NCBI RefSeq assembly: GCF_049243625.1
Contig: NZ_CP046975.1
From: Corynebacterium amycolatum
GTDB lineage: Bacteria; Actinomycetota; Actinomycetes; Mycobacteriales; Mycobacteriaceae
Strand: one strand, 5' to 3'
DNA length: 32,000 bases
Shown here: positions 26,762 through 32,000 of the stretch, piece by piece
Position numbering within the stretch: position 1 is the stretch's first letter
Layout of the letters: each line of letters opens with the position of its first letter
Position numbers and translations under genes: made by a program
Notes under the pieces: generated by a model
Databases searched by the model: none
What the model saw: the letters and a program-made list of their open reading frames with translations, nothing else
Told to the model about the DNA's origin: nothing

Positions 26762-27015
26762 GACGCCACCTTCCTATCAATATGACCATGCAGTTTCACT
26801 GTGAATACCCGGCAACATTCGCGGCATTGCCAGGCGTAGTCGGTTTCCACATCGGGCCACAGATCATCACCGCCGCAGTAAGGGCAATGCATCACCGCAC
26901 CCCGGTTCGGATTGGGGTGTGCGCTTCGGCCACCGATCCCCAGTCGCGCTGGCGCCTCGTCTTTTTCGCTTGCCGACGGCCCCTGCGACCGAACCTCGTT
27001 GGAAGATTCACTCAC
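26758..27015 (-). CDS. cysX: Small Cys-rich (zinc-ribbon-like) protein CysX
   Basis: The 85-aa protein has CPYC and CRECC motifs. It overlaps both cysI (GTGA) and cysH (ATGA) by 4 nt. Its position is the same as C. glutamicum cysX. Confidence 0.75.
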   Translation of the reverse strand: MSESSNEVRSQGPSASEKDEAPARLGIGGRSAHPNPNRGAVMHCPYCGGDDLWPDVETDYAWQCRECCRVFTVKLHGHIDRKVAS

Positions 27016-28718
27016 TTCAGGTCCTCCTCATCAGCGCGGACAATCCACTCGTGGAACTGTTCACCCTCGTGGCGCTGCTCCTTGAAATGATTGACGACGC
27101 GCTCGATGTAGTCACCCAGTTCTGCCGAGGTGACCTTGTGTCCGCGAACCTTGCGGCCGAAGTTGGCATCGAGCCCCAGCGAACCACCGAGGTGAACCTG
27201 GAAACCCTCGACACGGTTACCCTCATCGTCGGTGACAATCTGACCCTTGAGTCCAATATCGGCAATCTGTGTGCGGGCACAGGCATTCGGGCAGCCGTTG
27301 AGCGCAATGGTGATTGGGACATCGAGGTCGCCGAGACGTTCCTCCAAGTCGCCCACCAGATCGATTGCGCGCTGGCGCGTGGTGACAAGTGCGAGTTTGC
27401 AGAACTCCAGGCCAGTGCAGGCTAGGATGCCCCGCCGGAATGCGGAAGGCTTGGCAGACAGGCCAATTTCGTCGAGCTCAGCGAGCAGGGAGTCGACCTG
27501 GTCGTCGGCGACGTCGAGGAGAATGAGCTCCTTCATGACAGTGGTACGGACGCGGGAAACACCGTGGCGCTCGGCGATGTCGGCGAGCTTGACCAGGTCA
27601 GAGCCCGGAACACGGCCAACAGCGGGCTTCACACCGACGTAGTTGAGACCGTCGGCCTGCTTGTGCACACCGATGTGGTCACGGTCGCCCTCGAAAGGCT
27701 CGGGCGCGGGGCCGTCGATAAGCTTGCGGTTGAGGTAGTCGTCTTCGAGTACCTGGCGGAACTTCTCCGCACCCCACTCGGCAACGAGGAACTTCAGACG
27801 CGCGCGATTGCGCAGGCGACGGTAGCCGTAGTCACGGAAGATGCGGCACACGCCCGCCCATACCTCGGGAACCTCGTCCTCTGGGATCCAGGCGCCGAGA
27901 CGCTGCGCGAGCATTGGGTTGGTGGAGAGACCGCCGCCGACCCAAACGTCGAAACCGGGGCCGTGCTCTGGGTGATTGACACCGACAAAGGCGACGTCCT
28001 GGACCTCGTGGGTGACATCGAGACGCGGGGAACCGGAAACTGCGGACTTAAACTTGCGCGGTAGGTTGGAGAACTCGTCGCCGGAGAGGTACTCGTCCTT
28101 GATGCGGCGAATAGCATTGGTGCCGTCGACGATTTCATCGGCAGCAACGCCGGCAACCGGGCTACCTAGGATAACGCGGGGAACGTCGCCGCAGCCAAAG
28201 TTGGTGTCGAGACCAACCCGCTCAAGGCGGTCCCAAATCTCCGGCATGTCCTCGACGCGGATCCAGTGCAGCTGGACGTTCTGACGGTCGGAGAAGTCCG
28301 CGGTGTCACGAGCGAAGTCGCGGGAAATCTCCCCGATGGTGCGAATACCCTCGGTGGTGGTCTGGCCACCATCGAGACGAACGCGGAGCATAAAGTACTT
28401 GTCCTGCAACTCGGCGTTAGTCTTCACACCGGTGTGCTCACCGCTAAGCCCCTGCTTGCGCTGGGTGTAGAGGCCAATCCACTTAAAGCGCGGAGCTAGG
28501 TCTTCCGCAGGGATAGAGTCAAACCCCTGCTTGGAGTAGATGTCGATAACACGCTGCTTAACGGCAAAGCCAGCATCTTCTTTCTTGATGCGTTCGTCGT
28601 CGTTAAGTGGCTCGCGGCCGTCGATAAGCCACTGTCCCTGCGGCTTCGGTGCACGCTTCTTACGTCGGGTAGCCGCTGCGGAAGCCGGACGCTCGGCGGT
28701 TTTCGTAGGAGAGCTCAT
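27012..28718 (-). CDS. cysI: Ferredoxin-dependent sulfite reductase (siroheme/4Fe-4S)
   Basis: The siroheme-FeS cysteine motifs CTGLEFCKLA and NGCPNACAR are present. It is collinear with C. glutamicum CysI as I remember it. Confidence 0.93.
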   Translation of the reverse strand: MSSPTKTAERPASAAATRRKKRAPKPQGQWLIDGREPLNDDERIKKEDAGFAVKQRVIDIYSKQGFDSIPAEDLAPRFKWIGLYTQRKQGLSGEHTGVKTNAELQDKYFMLRVRLDGGQTTTEGIRTIGEISRDFARDTADFSDRQNVQLHWIRVEDMPEIWDRLERVGLDTNFGCGDVPRVILGSPVAGVAADEIVDGTNAIRRIKDEYLSGDEFSNLPRKFKSAVSGSPRLDVTHEVQDVAFVGVNHPEHGPGFDVWVGGGLSTNPMLAQRLGAWIPEDEVPEVWAGVCRIFRDYGYRRLRNRARLKFLVAEWGAEKFRQVLEDDYLNRKLIDGPAPEPFEGDRDHIGVHKQADGLNYVGVKPAVGRVPGSDLVKLADIAERHGVSRVRTTVMKELILLDVADDQVDSLLAELDEIGLSAKPSAFRRGILACTGLEFCKLALVTTRQRAIDLVGDLEERLGDLDVPITIALNGCPNACARTQIADIGLKGQIVTDDEGNRVEGFQVHLGGSLGLDANFGRKVRGHKVTSAELGDYIERVVNHFKEQRHEGEQFHEWIVRADEEDLK

Positions 28719-28809
28719 GGGAATCTACCGAATCACTTTCGTTTTTGTTCTCGTTGACCGAATCAGAGTTGCTTGAATCAGCCCTGAACGAATTAGTTGC
28801 TAATTTTTA

Positions 28810-28825
28810 TAGACCGGACGGTCTA
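28810..28825. promoter_or_regulatory. McbR-type operator, perfect TAGAC-N6-GTCTA
   Basis: TAGACCGGACGGTCTA lies about 91 nt upstream of the cysI ATG. Confidence 0.65.
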
Positions 28826-28845
28826 TGCAGTATTGCAGGCAACAT

Positions 28846-28861
28846 TAGACCGACCAGTCTG
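28846..28861. promoter_or_regulatory. McbR-type operator with one mismatch (TAGAC-N6-GTCTG)
   Basis: The centre of TAGACCGACCAGTCTG is 36 bp from the neighbouring perfect site. Confidence 0.5.
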
Positions 28862-28891
28862 GCTAGTGCAAGCCGGGGTATGCTCGGATAC

Positions 28892-29917
28892 CTAGCGAAC
28901 CCCCGCTTCGCCCACGTGGACACCGTTTTCTGCGCCCACTTTGACACCTCCAGAAGCATCCCCAGCCCCGCCATCAACCGAAGCCGGTGATGGAGATCCA
29001 GAACTAGACACATCAGCCGAGGAAGACTGAGAAGTCGACTCAAGTTGGACCCGCTGACGCAGACGCGGAAGAGTGTCATGCGACCGCGCCCACAGCACCA
29101 GTGCGACAACGCCAAAAGCCCAGACAAGCAGCACTGTTGCCAACACGCCGCCAGAAACCAGCGGCGAAAACAGTGTTCGAATATTCAGCCCGACCAACAC
29201 GCCGCCGATCACAATTCCAAGCAGGCGCGGATTAATACGCCCCACCAGGTATGCAGCCAAAGGTGCAGCAATCACACCACCGCACAGCAAACCAATTACC
29301 GGCGCGGCATGCTGAGTAAACTCCTCCCGCAGCTTTGGCAAAAAGCCCAGCACAGAAGCTAGAGCGACAAGAAATTCCGCCGCCGAGACAGTACCGATAA
29401 TCTTGCGCGGCTGATCAGCCTCAGCACCCAACAAAGTAGAGGTGGTAACAGGCCCCCAACCGCCGCCACCAGTGGAATCGAGCAGACCACCAAAGAGCCC
29501 CAGCGGAGCGAGCTTCTTCGCTCCCCAGGTCTTTTTCTTGCGCTTAACATTAGCCAGGAAGGCGAAGCGGATAATCACCCACAGGCCGAGAAAAAGCAAA
29601 ATTGTCGAGGTCACAGGCGTCGCGGCATCACTATCCAGATTGGACAAAAAGGTCGCACCAACAAAGGCACCGATAGCGCCCGGCACACCAAGGCTCAGTG
29701 CGCGCCGCCAGTCGACATTGCCGAATCGCCAGTGCGAAATACCAGAGGCCAGCGTCGTGCCCACCTCCGCTACGTGAACTACCGCCGACGCAGTGGCAGC
29801 ACTACTACCAGCAACAATAAAAAGTGAAGTGGCAGTGACACCGAATGCCATCCCCAGAGTGCCATCGACTAATTGCGCGCCAAGACCGATTAGCACGAAG
29901 ACTATGAGTTTTTCCAT
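28892..29917 (-). CDS. cysZ: TauE/SafE (DUF81) family anion permease, likely counterpart of C. glutamicum CysZ sulfate/sulfite transporter
   Basis: The protein is polytopic with DUF81-type Gly-rich motifs (LVDGTLGMAFGV, LLDSTGGGGWGPV). ATG 29917 has a GGGGAAGGG SD, and the ORF extends to GTG 29962. The C-terminal tail is low-complexity. Confidence 0.75.
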   Translation of the reverse strand: MEKLIVFVLIGLGAQLVDGTLGMAFGVTATSLFIVAGSSAATASAVVHVAEVGTTLASGISHWRFGNVDWRRALSLGVPGAIGAFVGATFLSNLDSDAATPVTSTILLFLGLWVIIRFAFLANVKRKKKTWGAKKLAPLGLFGGLLDSTGGGGWGPVTTSTLLGAEADQPRKIIGTVSAAEFLVALASVLGFLPKLREEFTQHAAPVIGLLCGGVIAAPLAAYLVGRINPRLLGIVIGGVLVGLNIRTLFSPLVSGGVLATVLLVWAFGVVALVLWARSHDTLPRLRQRVQLESTSQSSSADVSSSGSPSPASVDGGAGDASGGVKVGAENGVHVGEAGVR

Positions 29918-30071
29918 GACAAGCCCTTCCCCGCTTACCCAACCAGAGCCTGCCGTTGCCACGACGTCCGCACGACAAGCTCTTTTAGACCTCGTTCAGC
30001 AGAAGCAATACGCAGCAAAACCCTCTCAAGCCAAAGCAGTGATTCTTGCGGTGTTTTGTGTTTGCTTTTTG

Positions 30072-30087
30072 TAGACCAGTTTGTCTA
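30072..30087. promoter_or_regulatory. McbR-type operator, perfect TAGAC-N6-GTCTA
   Basis: TAGACCAGTTTGTCTA lies in the divergent cysZ-like/fpr2 intergenic region. Its 3' end overlaps TATATT, a -10-like hexamer. Confidence 0.65.
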
Positions 30088-30106
30088 TATTCTGTTTCAG
30101 CAAGCA

Positions 30107-30122
30107 TAGACCGATTGGTCTA
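30107..30122. promoter_or_regulatory. McbR-type operator, perfect TAGAC-N6-GTCTA
   Basis: TAGACCGATTGGTCTA lies 47 nt upstream of the fpr2 ATG. Its centre is 35 bp from the previous site. It overlaps TACGAT, a -10-like hexamer. Confidence 0.65.
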
Positions 30123-30169
30123 CGATAAGCAATCGCGACAAAGAAAACGTAGAAAAAGGATTCCACTCA

Positions 30170-31675
30170 ATGACCAACGACCAGACTGCAGCCCAGAACG
30201 CGGCCGCTTCCTCACTGCCCAATCTCGCCAACTCCACCACGCCACTGCGTGTAGCCGTGGTCGGCTCGGGCCCGGCCGGTATCTACGCCTCCGACGCACT
30301 GATGAAGTCCGGCCGCGACGTCGCCATCGACCTCTACGAGCGCCTTCCAGTGCCGTTCGGTCTCATCCGCTACGGCGTTGCGCCAGACCACCCGCGAATC
30401 AAGGGCATCATTAAGTCCCTCCACCGAGTGCTGGACAAGCCGCAGGTCCGACTTCTGGGCAACGTGGACGTCGGTAAGCAGGTCAGCGTCGATGAACTGC
30501 GCCAGTTCTACGACGCCATCATCTTCGCCACTGGCGCGACCGGCGACCGCGATCTGAATATCCCGGGCGCCGACCTGCCGGAGCACTACGGCGCGGGTGA
30601 GTTCGTAGGTTTCTACGACTCCCACCCGGAGTTCGCCCGCGATTGGGAACTCTCCGCTGAGTCCGTGGCCGTGGTCGGTGTCGGCAACGTGGGCCTCGAC
30701 GTCGCCCGCATTCTCGCCAAGACTGCCGATGAGCTGCACGTCACCGAAATCGCCGACAACGTCTACGCTGGCCTGGCAAAGAATGCCGCCCACGAAATTC
30801 ACGTCTTCGGCCGCCGCGGCCCGGCCCAGGCAAAATTCACTCCACTGGAGCTGAAGGAATTGGACCACTCCGACACCATTGAGGTTGTCGTGAATCCGGA
30901 GGACATCCAGTACGATGCCGCCTCCGAAACGTCCCGTCGTGAGTCCAAGATCACCGATCAGGTCTGTACGATTCTGGAAAACTACGCCATCCGCGAGCCA
31001 AAGGGCGCCCCGCACAAGCTCTTCATCCACTTCTTCGAGTCCCCGGTCGAAATCATCGGCGAGACCGGCGAGGATGGAGTACAGCACGTCAGCGCTATCC
31101 GCACCGAACGCACTGAACTCGACGGCGAGGGTGGCGTCCGTGGCACCGGCACGTTCACCGAATGGCCGATCGGTGCGGTCTACCGTGCAGTCGGCTACCG
31201 CTCCGACGCAGTCACCGGCGTACCGTTCGACACCGGCACCCACACCATCCCAGATGCCGGCGGACGCGTGCTTGACGACGTCGACGGCAACCACATCCAG
31301 GGTCTGTACACCACCGGCTGGATTCGCCGTGGCCCGGTCGGCCTAATCGGTAACACCAAGGGCGACGCCAACGAAACCGTCGGCAACCTCATCGCCGACT
31401 GGGAGGCAGGCCGCCTGGTCGCACCTGCAAAACCCACGCATAACGACATCGACGAGTTCCTGGCCAACAAGGGCCTCCAGGTCACCACCTGGGAGGGCTG
31501 GCACGCACTCGACGCCGCCGAACGTGCAGCGGGCGAAGCCGAAGGCCGCGAGCGCAAGAAGCTGGTCGAGTGGGCCGACATGGTTGCGGCCTCCACGGTC
31601 GTCGCAAAGCAGCCAGATGCCGATGACGTGGCCGAAGCTGTACACGAAGCGGTTGTGGAGACTGTCGCCAGCTAG
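30170..31675 (+). CDS. fpr2: NADPH:ferredoxin reductase, FprA family, second paralog (sulfite-reductase-associated)
   Basis: The motifs match fprA (VAVVGSGPAGIYA, FGLIRYGVAPDHP, LYTTGWIRRGP). By eye it is roughly two-thirds identical to the 21369-22757 product. It sits divergently from the cys cluster behind McbR operators, like C. glutamicum fpr2. Confidence 0.88.
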   Translation: MTNDQTAAQNAAASSLPNLANSTTPLRVAVVGSGPAGIYASDALMKSGRDVAIDLYERLPVPFGLIRYGVAPDHPRIKGIIKSLHRVLDKPQVRLLGNVDVGKQVSVDELRQFYDAIIFATGATGDRDLNIPGADLPEHYGAGEFVGFYDSHPEFARDWELSAESVAVVGVGNVGLDVARILAKTADELHVTEIADNVYAGLAKNAAHEIHVFGRRGPAQAKFTPLELKELDHSDTIEVVVNPEDIQYDAASETSRRESKITDQVCTILENYAIREPKGAPHKLFIHFFESPVEIIGETGEDGVQHVSAIRTERTELDGEGGVRGTGTFTEWPIGAVYRAVGYRSDAVTGVPFDTGTHTIPDAGGRVLDDVDGNHIQGLYTTGWIRRGPVGLIGNTKGDANETVGNLIADWEAGRLVAPAKPTHNDIDEFLANKGLQVTTWEGWHALDAAERAAGEAEGRERKKLVEWADMVAASTVVAKQPDADDVAEAVHEAVVETVAS

Positions 31676-31739
31676 CGTGTCGGGTCTAACCGGGCAGTTG
31701 ATTGTGCACGTCAGTCGGTCTTCGGATTAGAGTTAATAC

Positions 31740-32000
31740 ATGGCTTATCATGCAGACTCATCCAACCTGGACGTCAAGGAAGTTCTGACCTGGGAAGGCT
31801 TCGGCGTCGCCTCCCGTGAACTGGCACAGCAGATTGTCGATTCGGGCTACGAGCCGGAGATTATTATCGCCGTGGCCCGCGGTGGTCTTCTACCTGCAGG
31901 TGCACTCAGCTACACCATGGGCGTCAAGCTCTCTGACGCCATTAACGTCGAGTTCTACACCGACGTGGCGGAGACCCTGCCGGATCCGGTTCTGCTGGAG
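31740..32000 (+). CDS. Phosphoribosyltransferase (Gpt/HPRT-like), 3'-truncated at window edge
   Basis: The frame is open from ATG 31740 to the window end. MAYHADSSNLDVKEVLTWEGFGVASRELAQQIV...IIIAVARGGLLPAGALS resembles the N-terminus of xanthine-guanine PRT (VTW...IIAVSRGGLVPGALL). It is absent from the ORF track because no stop lies in the window. Confidence 0.7.
   Translation, partial: MAYHADSSNLDVKEVLTWEGFGVASRELAQQIVDSGYEPEIIIAVARGGLLPAGALSYTMGVKLSDAINVEFYTDVAETLPDPVLLE

Noticed and set aside
30212-31294. A 360-aa ORF lies antisense to fpr2.
   Set aside because: It is a shadow ORF. The sense strand encodes a full-length FprA-family protein with all cofactor motifs, and the antisense product is low-complexity (Gly/Asp/Val/Ala-rich).
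21369-31675. fprA and fpr2 could be a recent duplication, or direct repeats able to excise the cys cluster in a composite-element-like arrangement.
   Set aside because: The DNA copies are strongly diverged. The longest exact matches I found by eye in the most conserved segments were about 17 nt. There are no IS or terminal inverted repeat features, so these are old paralogs rather than recombination-ready repeats.
1-32000. I searched for mobile elements, CRISPR arrays, prophage or defence-island signatures, and tRNA/rRNA genes.
   Set aside because: I saw no transposase, integrase or recombinase-like ORFs. There are no terminal inverted repeats flanking a cargo, no regularly spaced direct repeats and no cloverleaf-compatible sequences. 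Every long ORF is explained by housekeeping or conserved actinobacterial functions.

Overview
This window reads as conserved, moderately high-GC actinobacterial core chromosome, most likely a Corynebacterium species. The reasons are the gene order pknG-ackA-pta-fprA, a CysX-containing sulfate-assimilation cluster, and McbR-type operators. I found no IS elements, integrases, phage genes, CRISPR arrays, tRNA/rRNA genes or recognisable defence genes, and no clearly novel multi-gene system. Gene content from left to right: (1) the 3' part of an Mrp cation/proton antiporter operon (mrpD'EFG). (2) A block syntenic with M. tuberculosis Rv0427c-Rv0433: GCS2 carboxylate-amine ligase, lipoprotein, LytR_C/VirR-like protein, DUF3263, def, GNAT, xthA, plus an RDD-family protein. 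(3) marR with a small membrane protein, and a NUDIX hydrolase. (4) The glnX-glnH-pknG sensing module. (5) An L,D-transpeptidase. (6) ackA-pta. (7) An assimilatory sulfate-reduction cluster (cysZ-like TauE/SafE permease, cysI-X-H-D-N-Y) flanked by two FprA-type ferredoxin-NADP+ reductase paralogs. (8) The start of a phosphoribosyltransferase gene. The observations most worth follow-up concern regulation and architecture. Four TAGAC-N6-GTCTA (McbR-type) operators sit in two equally spaced pairs on either side of the TauE/SafE gene. The cys cluster differs in arrangement from the C. glutamicum layout as I recall it. The mrpE/mrpF junction is open in two frames, and MrpF carries a histone-like Ala/Lys/Pro tail. 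A terminator-like hairpin stands alone in the 514-bp pta/fprA intergenic region. The cysH-cysD spacer is repeat-rich, and several genes contain in-frame tandem duplications. All product calls rest on motifs read by eye and remembered homologs. No database search was run.
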